A DNA stretch of 64,000 nucleotides from an uncultured delta proteobacterium (GCA_963796685.1 CAWCMR010000011.1:160001-224000); one strand, 5' to 3'. Shown: positions 51,358 to 61,792, numbered from the stretch's first letter. Notes: a model not told the origin generated them from the sequence alone. Numbers and translations: made by a program.

Positions 51358-51920
51358 GGCCGTGTCCTCTTGCGCAGATACGCGCGCAGAAACCGCCGCA
51401 CCCGTACTTCGCGATAGGCGAGCGTAGTGCGAGGCATGCCGAGTCGCCGCGCGGCCTCGCGCTGATCGAGTCGTTCCACGAAGCGGGCCTCGAACAAAGA
51501 CCAAAGCTCCTTGGGCAGGCCATCGCGCTTGAATCGCCCTACGAAGAGGTTCAGCTCGGCTCGCTCCTCCATGCGCTGGGACATCGGGTCGACGAGCGGC
51601 GGTGTGTCGCGATCCTCCAGGTTCGTCTCCCGTCGGTGGCGCCGCCAGAAATCCACGGCCAGGTTGTGCGCGAGCGTGGCCAGCCAGGAGCGTATGGAGC
51701 CTCCCGAGAAATTCCGTCGCAGATCGCCCTTCGACAGCAGGCGAAAGTACAGGTCGTGCACGACCGTTTCGCGATCGGCCCCGCGCAGAACCCGCCCCAC
51801 CGTTGCATCCACGGTGTCATAGGTTTCGCGATACAGCAGCCCGATGAAATCGCGCTCCCCCGCGTGAAAACGCGCCAGCGCCGATTCGTCGTCTATGCTG
51901 AGAGGCGCCTTGAAAACCAT
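51354..51920 (-). CDS. ECF RNA polymerase sigma factor
   Basis: Region 2 SWLATLAHNLAVDFWRR; region 4 QREAARRLGMPRTTL; ATGA overlap with the anti-sigma gene. Confidence 0.85.
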   Translation of the reverse strand: MVFKAPLSIDDESALARFHAGERDFIGLLYRETYDTVDATVGRVLRGADRETVVHDLYFRLLSKGDLRRNFSGGSIRSWLATLAHNLAVDFWRRHRRETNLEDRDTPPLVDPMSQRMEERAELNLFVGRFKRDGLPKELWSLFEARFVERLDQREAARRLGMPRTTLAYREVRVRRFLRAYLRKRTRP

Positions 51921-52353
51921 GATGGGGAGGGAGTCGACATGGGCCACGTCAAGGTAACGAACGGGCCACACGGCTTGGACGAAGAAATCGCCTTCTTGGG
52001 GAGGAAAAGCAATCTCGTACTCCCGGCTTCCATCCTCTTGGGATAGGAGGCGGCGGCCCCGGATGGTGGGTCGTGACGAAAGACCCCGGGGCCGCCTGAA
52101 TCGGTTTGGACTATGAGCTTGGCGCCTCCTTTCTGTTGAAGGTTCGCGGGGACATGGGCTTCGGCGTCTCCTTTCGGATAGAGCCTCTTTCACGATCCGT
52201 GCCGAGGCGAATGCGCGCTTGGCCGCGTGGGTTCTCGCGGGGTTGCGAAGTCGCGCAATACCCCGTGGCACGCATCCACGGCGACGGCGTGTCAGATTGG
52301 CAGAACACGCGCCAATACCGGTCCATTCGAGACCGCGCGGTCCGTCGCTGCGG

Positions 52354-53775
52354 CTACTTCTCGCCTGTTGCCTGCGCGCGGAGGCCGGTCCGTGATTTCA
52401 GAAACTCGAGCAGATCGTTCAATTCTGCCGGCTTCATGTTGTTGGCGTAGGACGGCATGTTGTAGCCGCCGTTGAGAATCCGCCAGGTCATCTGGTCGTC
52501 GGTGAGACGTTCGCCGATCGTGGTCAGCTCGGGGCCGCGAAAGCCTCCGTCGTCGCCAATGCGGTGACAATAGATGCAACCCTTGTCGTGAAAGGTTTGT
52601 GCCCCTTGAAAAAGTGGGCCCTGGCTTGCACCAATGACCTTCACGCTCAAGGGTGCGGCCGTAAAATCAGGCGACCATGGGGCCTTGCTGCCTGCAACCC
52701 AGAGCGTTCCGACCATCAATAGGATCATCAACACGGTGCCGACCGCCCAAGGCCGGCGCGCGAAATGGCGCTCGCCGCCCGGGAAGAGGAAGGGCAAGCT
52801 GATGAGGACCAGACCAGCCAACAGGGGAGCCCCGACGATCACGTACGGTTCGAGCCCATGGGGCAACAGGGCCAGCACGGCGAAGTACCAAAGCAGGTAC
52901 CAGTCAGGCCGGGGCGATGCCTTCAGGATCGTGGGATCCGGCGGGCTGCCCATGGTCGGCGGTCCCAAGGCATAGGCAAATGCGCCGAGCACGACGATCA
53001 TGGCAAAGCCAAAAACGACGTCTCGCCACGCGGCATCCGGCCAAAAGGGACGTCCTTCACGCCGCAAGAGATCTTCGTACCATTTGCGGTACGTCTGGCG
53101 ATCGACCGGATGCCCGGCCCGGGGCGGCTCGGAGATACCGTTGCGGAAGACGAGATACAGATGAAGGGGCACGGCCGCGAAGATCACCGCGGGGATGAAG
53201 AAGACGTGGAATGCGAAAAACCGCGACAAGGTCGCCCCGCCCACGGTATCTCCCGCAAGGATGAAATGCGCCAGAGGCATGCCGATGAGAGGAACCCGCC
53301 CGGCCTGTTCGGCAGCGACGATGACGGACCAAACGGCATTTTGGTCCCACCGAAGCAGTTGCCCGGTGAAGCCCATGAGTACCGTCACCCCCAGCAGCAG
53401 GACTCCACTAAGCCAGCTCATCTCGCGGGGATACTTGTAGACCCCCATGAGAAAGACCCGAATCATGTGTACCCCGATGAACAAGATCATCGCCGAGGCG
53501 CCGAAGTAGTGCAGGCCACGCAGGAAGTTGCCAAGCCAGGCGTCGTGGCTGATGAACTGGAGGGTCTCGTACGCGTTGGCGGTGGAGGGCACGTACATCG
53601 TCGCCAGGGCAATGCCGGTGGCCACCTGGATAATGAACGCGGTCAGTGTCGCGCTGCCGAACACATACCACCAGTTGGTATCCGGAGGCACCAGGTGGTG
53701 CGCTGCCTTGCCTATCAGGGCCCCGGTGCCGGTGCGATCCTCGAACCACAACCAGATGTTCCTGAGCAAGCGCAT
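52354..53775 (-). CDS. petB: Cytochrome b (bc complex) fused to a C-terminal cytochrome c
   Basis: RGLHYFGAS, GVHMIRVF, YKYPREMSW, TLSRFFAFHVF, PDWY, heme c motif CIYCH. Confidence 0.9.
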   Translation of the reverse strand: MRLLRNIWLWFEDRTGTGALIGKAAHHLVPPDTNWWYVFGSATLTAFIIQVATGIALATMYVPSTANAYETLQFISHDAWLGNFLRGLHYFGASAMILFIGVHMIRVFLMGVYKYPREMSWLSGVLLLGVTVLMGFTGQLLRWDQNAVWSVIVAAEQAGRVPLIGMPLAHFILAGDTVGGATLSRFFAFHVFFIPAVIFAAVPLHLYLVFRNGISEPPRAGHPVDRQTYRKWYEDLLRREGRPFWPDAAWRDVVFGFAMIVVLGAFAYALGPPTMGSPPDPTILKASPRPDWYLLWYFAVLALLPHGLEPYVIVGAPLLAGLVLISLPFLFPGGERHFARRPWAVGTVLMILLMVGTLWVAGSKAPWSPDFTAAPLSVKVIGASQGPLFQGAQTFHDKGCIYCHRIGDDGGFRGPELTTIGERLTDDQMTWRILNGGYNMPSYANNMKPAELNDLLEFLKSRTGLRAQATGEK

Positions 53776-53782
53776 CGTGGCC

Positions 53783-54265
53783 TCACGTGGTGGAGATTGG
53801 AACCGGGCTGGTCAGCACTTCCACGCGACCGTCGCGCACGCGCACGGGGTACTGTACGAGTGGGCGGGGTGGAGGGCCTGCCGCGACGGTCCCGTCGTTG
53901 TAGTAGACGCCACCGTGGCAGGGACACATGAATAGATCGGCCTTGGGGAGCCAGCGCACGGGACAACCGAGATGTGTGCAGTTGACCGAAAATGCGGTGA
54001 ACCCGTCGGAAGCGTCTCGTCTGAGCCAGGCCGCCGAGGCGGCCGTCAGTCCCGACCACGGCAATGGCGAGGCGTTCTCGAACCTGACCTCGACCGTGGT
54101 GCCGACCTGGAACTGGTCGACCGACCCGACATTCCACCAACGCCGAGGCACCTTGCGCAAAAGCGGTGCCAGGAACGACCCGACCACCGGAAGTCCGATG
54201 GCCGTCCCGGCAATGCTTGCAAGGACGATGCTAAGGCGCGCCAGAAATTCGCGCCGCAGGATCAA
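53783..54265 (-). CDS. Rieske 2Fe-2S subunit of the bc complex
   Basis: Tat-like RREFL, CTHLGC, CPCHGG, GPPPRPL. Confidence 0.9.
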   Translation of the reverse strand: MILRREFLARLSIVLASIAGTAIGLPVVGSFLAPLLRKVPRRWWNVGSVDQFQVGTTVEVRFENASPLPWSGLTAASAAWLRRDASDGFTAFSVNCTHLGCPVRWLPKADLFMCPCHGGVYYNDGTVAAGPPPRPLVQYPVRVRDGRVEVLTSPVPISTT

Positions 54266-54471
54266 GGCGGATCCTCCTGGCGATGCTCTTGGGTGAGGTT
54301 CCTGATCCAACCCGACAGGCTGGCGACGACCAGAACCATCCCCACCGCAGAGATGATCCAGGTGGTCACCAGTCCCCACAAGGCGAGCAGGTTTCCAAGC
54401 GCGAGCGCCACCGGCCAATAGGTCGGCTCGGGCAAGGTGGCGGGTTTGGCGGCGTTCCAATCGTTTGACAT
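54262..54471 (-). CDS. Small two-TM protein, cytochrome c oxidase subunit IV-like
   Basis: LPEPTYWPVALALG...SLSGWI; operon context. Confidence 0.65.
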   Translation of the reverse strand: MSNDWNAAKPATLPEPTYWPVALALGNLLALWGLVTTWIISAVGMVLVVASLSGWIRNLTQEHRQEDPP

Positions 54472-54479
54472 TTTGGGGG

Positions 54480-55274
54480 TCAAGGGTGACGAGCCTCCTC
54501 TTCTTGGTACCATCGCAGAAGGGTGGCGAGGATTGCGGTGACGAAGATGACACTACCGAGGACCCACATGATGGCGCCCCCCAGACGCTGGTCCGAGATG
54601 GTGCTGAGTCCCCACCGTTCGCGAATCATCGCCAGGGCACCGAGCTCGTCGTGCGGGTGGGCGTAGCCGGCATAGAACGGCGTGGTCGAGAAGGCGAAGA
54701 TGATGCCGAGCAGGGCATTGGCGGTCGCCGCCAGCGCCAGGTAGGCAACCGCGAGGAGCGCGGGCATCCGGTGGCCGGCGATGGGCGTCAGGATGGGCCA
54801 CCACAGGATGGTACCGGTCACCAGGAACGTGAGATGCTCGAGGATGTGTACACGCTCGTCGGCCAGGGTCAGGTCGTAGAGGGAAGGCAAGTGCCAGATC
54901 CACAGGGTGCCGATGGCAAGCGGCCACGCGACGCCTGGCCGGCGCAAAATACTCTCGACCAGCGCCGCCGGCCGCCAGCGCAGAATTCGGCGAGTCAAGG
55001 CAGGGGAAACGCCGAGCACGAAGAGCGGCGGCGCGACGAACACGAGGAGGATGTGCTGCACCATGTGGGCACTGAACAGGTAGTCGTCCGCCAGGACGTC
55101 GAGGGGCGACACCAAGGCGAGCAACATGATGGCGACGCCCGCAGCGAAGTAGAAGGTCGACCGTTCCAATCGGAAACGGTTGGCCCCCAAGTATCCCCCC
55201 ATGAGCAGCGACGCGCCGGCGATCACGGACGGCTCCCAATCCCATCCTCTTCGCAGCAGGTCCCATCCAGTCAT
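54480..55274 (-). CDS. ctaG: Cytochrome c oxidase assembly protein (caa3 CtaG family)
   Basis: SPLD, LFSAHMVQHILL, WIWHLPSLYD, HILEH, DQRLGGAIMW. Confidence 0.88.
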   Translation of the reverse strand: MTGWDLLRRGWDWEPSVIAGASLLMGGYLGANRFRLERSTFYFAAGVAIMLLALVSPLDVLADDYLFSAHMVQHILLVFVAPPLFVLGVSPALTRRILRWRPAALVESILRRPGVAWPLAIGTLWIWHLPSLYDLTLADERVHILEHLTFLVTGTILWWPILTPIAGHRMPALLAVAYLALAATANALLGIIFAFSTTPFYAGYAHPHDELGALAMIRERWGLSTISDQRLGGAIMWVLGSVIFVTAILATLLRWYQEEEARHP

Positions 55275-55822
55275 ACGAATTTCCATAGGTAGACGACCCC
55301 GAATATCACCACCCAAACGACGTCGACGAAATGCCAGTAGAGGGAGATCCCCTCGGTGGCCCCCAGGCTCGGTTCCCGGGCATTTCGACCGAGCGAGAGA
55401 CCCAACAGAATCGAAAGCATCACCAACCCGACGAATACATGCAGTCCGTGAAAACCGGTCAGGGTGAAGAAGGTGGTGCCGAACAGATCCCGGCTGATGG
55501 TGATGTGATGGCGCAGGAGGTTGGCGTATTCGGTGCCCTGGCCGAACAAGAACACGGCGCCGAGCAGGATGGTCAGCAGCAACCAACAGGCGGCACGGCC
55601 GCGCCTGCGCGCCCGCAGGCCGACCCCGGCCCGCCACACGGTCACGCTGCTGGCGAAGAGGGCCAGCGAGAAAAGGCCCGTCCGGAGGACGTCGAGCGCG
55701 CCCGCGGCGTGCGGTCCCCGGCCACCCGAGAGATGAAAGAACATATAGGCAACCACCAGGAGGAGGAAAAAGTTTGCCTCGGATACGATGAAGAGGACCA
55801 TACCGAGCTTCGCAGGGTTCAT
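55271..55822 (-). CDS. ctaE: Cytochrome c oxidase subunit III
   Basis: FIVSEANFF, FFTLTGFHGLHV, YWHFVDVVW. Confidence 0.9.
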   Translation of the reverse strand: MNPAKLGMVLFIVSEANFFLLLVVAYMFFHLSGGRGPHAAGALDVLRTGLFSLALFASSVTVWRAGVGLRARRRGRAACWLLLTILLGAVFLFGQGTEYANLLRHHITISRDLFGTTFFTLTGFHGLHVFVGLVMLSILLGLSLGRNAREPSLGATEGISLYWHFVDVVWVVIFGVVYLWKFV

Positions 55823-56884
55823 GGCGACTGGGCCTCCTTCCCCGCGGGTTGGGAATGCGTCAGATCCCAAAGCGGGCGTCGTCCGTTGACGGGAGGAACT
55901 CGGTCGAAGTTGTGCACCGGCGGCGGCGAAGACGTGGCCCATTCGAGGGTCCACGCATTCCAAGGGTTGTCGCCAGCGGCGGCACCACGGCGCCAACCGA
56001 AGACCAGATTCACGATGAAGAGCAGGATCGCCGCCGCCAGCACGAAGGCAAACAGCGATGAGATGAGATGGAGGATCGGTAGCGGGGGACGGTTCTCGTA
56101 CGTGTACGCCCTTCTCGGCATCCCCACCACACCGAGCGCGTGCATCCCGAGAAAGGTCCCGTTAAAGCCGACGACCATGAGCCAGAAGTGCCAGCGACCG
56201 ATCCTCTCCGACAGTATCCGCCCGGTCATTTTGGGGAACCAATAGTAGAATCCCGCGAGCATGGCAAAGAGTGTTCCGCCCAGGAGCACGTAGTGGATAT
56301 GCGCGACGACGAAATAGCTGTCGGTCAGTCGGCCAGTCGATGGGAACCGCGGCGAAAGTCACGCCGCTGAGGCCGCCGATGGTGAACTGGACAAGGAACG
56401 CGGTGGCAAACAGCATCGCCGTGGTCAAGCGCAACGAGCCGCCCCACATGGTGGCGATCCAGTTGAAGATCTTGATACCGGTGGGAACCGCGATGAGCAT
56501 GCTGCTCGCGGAGAAGAGGTAGAGAACGGCGAAGTCCAGCCCGGTGGCGAACATGTGATGAACCCACACGGCGAAACTGAGAAAGCCGATGGCCACCGTC
56601 GAAGCCGCCATGAAGCCGTACCCGAAGATCACCTTGCGCGAAAAGACCGGAATGACCTCCGAAATGATGCCAAAAGCAGGCAGAACCAGGATGTAGACCT
56701 CGGGGTGGCCGAAGAGCCAAAAGTAGTGCTGCCACAGCAGAGCAGAGCCGCCGGTGGCCGGCGCGAAGAAATGGGCGTTGAGCTGGCGATCCATGAAGAG
56801 CATCACCAGCGCGGCGTTCAGGGCGGGCAGGGCCACGACGACGAGAAAGGCGTTGATGAAGACCATCCAGACGAACAGCGGCAA
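55819..56884 (-). pseudogene. ctaD: Cytochrome c oxidase subunit I, 5'-truncated, with a frameshift near 56330
   Basis: WLFGHPEVY, VWVHHMF, then TDSYFVVAHIHYV in the shifted frame; the N-terminal helices are missing upstream of 56884. Confidence 0.85.
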
Positions 56885-57116
56885 TCGAGGATTTCGCGAA
56901 GCGAATACGCGAAGTGCGGTTCGGGGATTCTCACCAGGACGAGAAGAGCATGTTCGGCGTTTCGCCTTCTTGCTACACGCGCGAACATGCCTGTTGCCGC
57001 CGGTGGAAGCGATCGCGCGTCGGGCTATCTGCTATGCCACGACCCAAATTGTGAGCTGGTTGTTGGTCTGATTCCTGGCGCCGCCGGCCGGCGTCGGGGC
57101 CACAGATCAGCGATGT

Positions 57117-57923
57117 ATGGTCCTTGCGGTGGCGACAGGTCAGAGGCGCGAGACAATCGTGGTGGTCGCCCATCCCGATGATGAAGTGCTGTGGCTGGGT
57201 CCGGTCCTGCCGAACGCGGCGACGGTCCTGGCCGCATTTTCGGTGGCAAGCGAGAACCCGGCTCTGACCGAAGGGAGGGAGGTCGTCCGGCGAGACTATC
57301 CCTACCGGAACTTCGAATTTCTGGGCCTGCAGAACGCCAGGGTCTACGGCCATTCCGATTTTCTGAATCGTGTGCCCGTCGAGTACGGCGTCACGCTCAT
57401 GCGTTCTTGTCCTCCGGAGCGTGCCGAGCGGTATCGGGCCAATTACTCGGCTCTCCTGGCCGGCATCGATCCCTATATGGGACCGCGAACCGAGGTCTAC
57501 ACCCACAACCCTTGGGGAGAGTACGGACACGAAGAGCACATTCAGGTCAACCATGCCGTGGTGGCCTTGGCGCAACGACACCGGTGCTCGGTATGGGCGT
57601 GGAACGGGTTGTCGAGCCAAGAACTGATCTCACGGGACGTATGGCTGAGGGCTCACTTCTACCCGGAAGACGACCTCGAGGGCGTCCCGTCCGTCGAGCT
57701 CGTGGTCGACCTCGACCGCTACCGGGAAATCCGGACGCTCTATCAGCGCCACAACGCCTGGACCTGGCACGATGCTTACCTTCCGCCCAACCCGAGCCGC
57801 TTCGTTCAGCTCGTCCGTGACGGTGACATCCTTGTTTCAGCGCGCCAACTTCGGTGGTCCCACCGTGCATTCATTGCCAAGGAGATCGTCTTCAGGAAGA
57901 CGAAGTACTACGCGCGGGGGTGA
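57117..57923 (+). CDS. PIG-L/LmbE-like deacetylase-family protein
   Basis: VVAHPDDEVLW and THNPWGEYGHEEH. Confidence 0.7.
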   Translation: MVLAVATGQRRETIVVVAHPDDEVLWLGPVLPNAATVLAAFSVASENPALTEGREVVRRDYPYRNFEFLGLQNARVYGHSDFLNRVPVEYGVTLMRSCPPERAERYRANYSALLAGIDPYMGPRTEVYTHNPWGEYGHEEHIQVNHAVVALAQRHRCSVWAWNGLSSQELISRDVWLRAHFYPEDDLEGVPSVELVVDLDRYREIRTLYQRHNAWTWHDAYLPPNPSRFVQLVRDGDILVSARQLRWSHRAFIAKEIVFRKTKYYARG

Positions 57924-58022
57924 GAGGCGGGTCCACGACGGTTCGCGGTCGGAGAGGTCCCGAGGTTGAGTTGCGACGTCGTGCAGCTCCGGTATCGCCC
58001 GACTCAAGTCGGGACGTGATCG

Positions 58023-59156
58023 ATGCGCATCCTCATGTACGCCAAGTCGCTGAAGCGAGAGGGCGGGACCGAGATCAGTGGCCTCCAGATCGCAAAGGCG
58101 TTGAGTGGGCGAGGGCATTCCATCGACTTGCTCTACGAGTACGACGGTGCCCTTCGATCGGAGTATCGCTCGTTCTGTCGGTCGGTGACGCGCTCTTGGA
58201 TGAGCTTGGACAAGCGCTCCATCCGAGATGCTGTCCGGCTCCTCCCGGCGATCGTGGCGGGCGCACGATGCCGTCCGAACGTGATCTACGTGCATCGCTT
58301 CCGCGATGTCGTCTGTGCGCGACTGACGGGCCTCATGGTGGGCGCGCCCGTCGTATGTCACCTCCGAGACACTTTTCACGACGGGACGACACTTCGGCTC
58401 CGCCATTGGGCGGATCGATTCATCGCCGTATCAGGTGCAACCTGCGACTCATGGGTGCGCGACGGTCTGGACGGCTCGCGTGTCGACGTGGTGCACACGG
58501 GGATCAATCCCAACGACTATCCCGGGGGGGGCGAGGCAGAGCGTGCGTCAGCACGCCAGATGCTGGGTCTCCCCGCTCACGGGTTTTTCGCGCTCTATTA
58601 CGGTCGGCTGGATGTCGACAAGGGCATCGACTTGCTACTCGAGGGGTGGCGCCGCCTTGGCATGTCGGCGCACGGGGGGCGCCTTGTGCTTCAGGGGCGC
58701 CCCGTGCTTGCCCGCGATCCTGAGCGTTACCTTCGAGGTCTGCAGGAGCGAGCCCCGGAGGGATGCCTCTGGTTCCCCATGGGCGATGACGTCATCACTG
58801 TTCTTCACGCCGTCGACGCCGTCGTGCTCCCGTCGGTCACCGAGGGCCTGAGCCGGACGGTGCTCGAAGGCATGGCGTCGGGTCGACCGGTCGTGGCAAC
58901 CCGTGTGGGGGGCGTTCCGGAAATCCTCACAGGCCCGTTTGAACGGTTCCTGTTCGAGAGCGGCGACACGGATGGTCTGGCGGATCGCCTCGCGTCTGTC
59001 GTCGAGTGGAGGCAACGGGAACCGCGCCTGGGCATGGAGTGCTCCGAGCACGTCGCTGCCAACTTCAGCATGCAACGGATGGTCCTGAGGATCGAAGACA
59101 TCCTCGGGGAGGAGGTCAGGAGCCGGTCCAGGATCCGAGTGCGTGCCACCGGATGA
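58023..59156 (+). CDS. Glycosyltransferase family 4
   Basis: YGRLDVDKG, PSVTEGLSRTVLEGMASGRPVVATRVGGVPE. Confidence 0.9.
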   Translation: MRILMYAKSLKREGGTEISGLQIAKALSGRGHSIDLLYEYDGALRSEYRSFCRSVTRSWMSLDKRSIRDAVRLLPAIVAGARCRPNVIYVHRFRDVVCARLTGLMVGAPVVCHLRDTFHDGTTLRLRHWADRFIAVSGATCDSWVRDGLDGSRVDVVHTGINPNDYPGGGEAERASARQMLGLPAHGFFALYYGRLDVDKGIDLLLEGWRRLGMSAHGGRLVLQGRPVLARDPERYLRGLQERAPEGCLWFPMGDDVITVLHAVDAVVLPSVTEGLSRTVLEGMASGRPVVATRVGGVPEILTGPFERFLFESGDTDGLADRLASVVEWRQREPRLGMECSEHVAANFSMQRMVLRIEDILGEEVRSRSRIRVRATG

Positions 59157-59334
59157 AGACTCTGGGGGTGGCCCGTGGACGGGACCTCCATCCCGCCGGG
59201 CGCCTGGACGCCGTGCTCAAGGACGGGATCATGCGTGTCGATGGTCAACATGGTGAGTTGTTCCGAGGATCGCGTCCAACCCCGTTCTGACGAGCCGCCG
59301 AGCTGATAACGAACGGAGCTGAACCCAGTCCGCG

Positions 59335-61371
59335 ATGGCATTGCCCCTGCCAGCACGTAGTGGCGATCTCTTCCTCACCAGGAAGGGAAGGCTCTCACGT
59401 GCCCGTGGACGGTCCAAGGGACCGCTCCACGGGGGGACACCCCGGAGTTCTCTGACCGAGCGGGAGGGAGCCGAGTCGGCCCAACGGTTGGACGATCGCC
59501 AAGGCATCATCCGCGCCACCCTCGCCAACCAGGGCTTTGAGATCGTCTTCCAGCCGATCGTCGACCTTCGAACCGGTGGTGTGGCAGGGGCCGAAGCCTT
59601 GACCCGCTTCGAGGAGTCGCCCGATCGTTCCCCCGACGTCTGGTTCGCCGAGGCCCGAGAGATCGGCCTCGGCGTGGAGCTGGAAATGGCCGCCCTGCGT
59701 CTGGCCCTCGGTCAGCTGAAACAACTTCCGTCCGGCCTGTACCTGTCGCTCAACGCGTCACCTGACACCATGATGTCCCGAGGAGTTCCGCGCTCCGTGG
59801 CCGAGGCCCCGGCCGAGCGCGTTGTGCTCGAGTTGACCGAGCATGAGCGCATCGACGACTACGAGCGGTTCGGACAGGCTGCCAGCGAGCTGCGATCCCA
59901 CGGGGTGCGACTCGCCGTCGACGACGCCGGCGCCGGATTTTCGAGCTTCCGCCACATCCTCAATCTCCGCCCCGACATCATCAAGCTCGACATCGGGCTC
60001 ACGCGGGGCATCGACGACGACCCGGCCCGTCGGGCCTTGGGGTCGGCCATGCTTGCCTTCGGTCTCGATGCATTCGGTGCCGCCATCGTCGCCGAAGGGA
60101 TCGAGACCGAGGGTGAGTTCAACACGCTGCGTGGCCTCGGCTGTCGATTTGGCCAAGGCTTCTATCTCGGTCGTCCCGGCAGGTTGCGGCTTCCTCGTCC
60201 CCAGTCCGACAGTTCTGCGCAACCACGACCCACCGGTAATGCAGTGACACCGCCGACGTTGGCCCCGAAGGCCCTCGCGGGCGGCGGTGACTCGGATCGT
60301 CGCGACCGGCGGAGTCAGCCGAGTCACGCGCCGTTGTTGGCTCCCGACGGAAGTCCACTGCGCACCGGTGTGACCACTGCGGGTGTCTCCGGCCCCGACG
60401 AACGACCACGCGACGCCCAGGACGAACTTCTCGCCCTCGTTGCTGAACTCGAGGGCCGGCCAAGAGGTGCGAAAGCAGCATGGAACGGGGATCGCTCGCG
60501 TCCGTCTCTTCCGCTAGACGCGCCGATCGCTCGAAGGAGGTGCTGCGTGGCCGCAGTATGGTTGGCCGCGGATGCCCGGTGCGGCCCTATCGCAAGGGGC
60601 CGCACTCGAGGAGGCGTCGTCGTGACCGACGAGAAAGACAGCGAGGTCCACAAGGCAGAGAGCCGGCTCGGGTCCTCGGTATGCCCGGGTTCCGGGGAGC
60701 GTGCGCCCGAGGAATACCAGCCCCGTGTCCTGGGGATCCCCACGGACTGGTTCGCGATCATCGGAGCGAGGCCCAGGCCCTCTGGGTTCCACGTTCGTCG
60801 ACTCGCCCACCCCGTGCGGTGGTGGAGATGGCGCCGTCAGGTGCGCCGCTTGGGGCCGTACGCGCCCGACTTCGACGACGGCGAGCGTTTCCGCGGCAAG
60901 AGCGAGGAAAGCCCACTCAACACGGCAGGTAGGGATCGCCGCTGCGACGAGACCCCGGCACGTGTGGGCCGGCCCGGCCCGAAGTGGGCGAGCCCAGGTC
61001 GCGTCATACGCTGCCCCCATGGCAACGACCCCAGGTGGAACGACTCGGACCACCAGGATCGCGACCTGGGTGACCCTCGCCATCGTCGTCTTTCTCGCTG
61101 CCGAGATCGGGTTGGCGGTGACCCAGTCCCCCCGTGTGCAGCCCCCGAGCCCGGCTGCAGCTGCTCCAAGGGGCCCTGGCCGCTGCCGGCGCATCGGACG
61201 CCTTTCACTACCGAGCGGTGTGGAGCGCCGGACGGCTTCTCGCAGATCGTGGTGGGAGACGCTAGGCCTTCTTCGGGATCGGAAACCGTCTCCGTGGGCA
61301 GTGACCGCTTCACCGTTGTCGTCTACGGGACAGGTGGCGTACTTCGAGGGCGTGGCCGCCGCGCTGCGTGA
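59335..61371 (+). CDS. EAL-domain c-di-GMP phosphodiesterase (domain ~59500-60180; true end probably earlier)
   Basis: FQPIV, EALTRF, ELTE, DDAGAGFSS, IKLD, AEGIE, QGFYLGRP; the long tail looks like read-through into separate genes. Confidence 0.7.
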   Translation: MALPLPARSGDLFLTRKGRLSRARGRSKGPLHGGTPRSSLTEREGAESAQRLDDRQGIIRATLANQGFEIVFQPIVDLRTGGVAGAEALTRFEESPDRSPDVWFAEAREIGLGVELEMAALRLALGQLKQLPSGLYLSLNASPDTMMSRGVPRSVAEAPAERVVLELTEHERIDDYERFGQAASELRSHGVRLAVDDAGAGFSSFRHILNLRPDIIKLDIGLTRGIDDDPARRALGSAMLAFGLDAFGAAIVAEGIETEGEFNTLRGLGCRFGQGFYLGRPGRLRLPRPQSDSSAQPRPTGNAVTPPTLAPKALAGGGDSDRRDRRSQPSHAPLLAPDGSPLRTGVTTAGVSGPDERPRDAQDELLALVAELEGRPRGAKAAWNGDRSRPSLPLDAPIARRRCCVAAVWLAADARCGPIARGRTRGGVVVTDEKDSEVHKAESRLGSSVCPGSGERAPEEYQPRVLGIPTDWFAIIGARPRPSGFHVRRLAHPVRWWRWRRQVRRLGPYAPDFDDGERFRGKSEESPLNTAGRDRRCDETPARVGRPGPKWASPGRVIRCPHGNDPRWNDSDHQDRDLGDPRHRRLSRCRDRVGGDPVPPCAAPEPGCSCSKGPWPLPAHRTPFTTERCGAPDGFSQIVVGDARPSSGSETVSVGSDRFTVVVYGTGGVLRGRGRRAA

Positions 61372-61792
61372 CCAACTCGGGCTCCCGGCCGCGTCGGCGT
61401 CGTTGTACGCGGGCACTTGGATCTCGCTGCAGCAGTCTGACGGGCCCTACCCATCGGTCGAAGGGGTGACCACGTCAGCGGCGTTGGCTCAGGTCTTGAT
61501 CGCTCCTTCCGCCACGTCGGCGCACCGCATCCACGGCGTGCTCCTGTCCCGGATCACGGGACGGATTCCTCACGGTCACGAAGTGACGGGCTCGGCGCGC
61601 CTTGACGTGCTGTCGCGCTCCAATCTCCCTGCGGTCTACTCCGCTCATGGAGCCGATGGCGGGCAACGATGGTCGACCACGATCACGTTTTCCCGCTGGG
61701 ACGTGAACTCGCCGGTCTCCGCCCCGGCGGCGGCTCTCCCGTTCTCGTATCTCCAAGGGTCGCCACCGGTGGTAAGGAAGACCCTGACGTGA
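61019..61792 (+). CDS. Hypothetical membrane-anchored protein (probably frameshifted internally)
   Basis: TM helix IATWVTLAIVVFLAAEIG; C-terminal TITFSRWD...VSAP is loosely LppX-like. Confidence 0.45.
   Translation: MATTPGGTTRTTRIATWVTLAIVVFLAAEIGLAVTQSPRVQPPSPAAAAPRGPGRCRRIGRLSLPSGVERRTASRRSWWETLGLLRDRKPSPWAVTASPLSSTGQVAYFEGVAAALRDQLGLPAASASLYAGTWISLQQSDGPYPSVEGVTTSAALAQVLIAPSATSAHRIHGVLLSRITGRIPHGHEVTGSARLDVLSRSNLPAVYSAHGADGGQRWSTTITFSRWDVNSPVSAPAAALPFSYLQGSPPVVRKTLT

Noticed and set aside
59335-61371. Novel 678-aa EAL fusion protein
   Set aside because: After ~60200 the sequence is low-complexity and seems to run through a separate small gene starting near 60622, in an indel-rich region.
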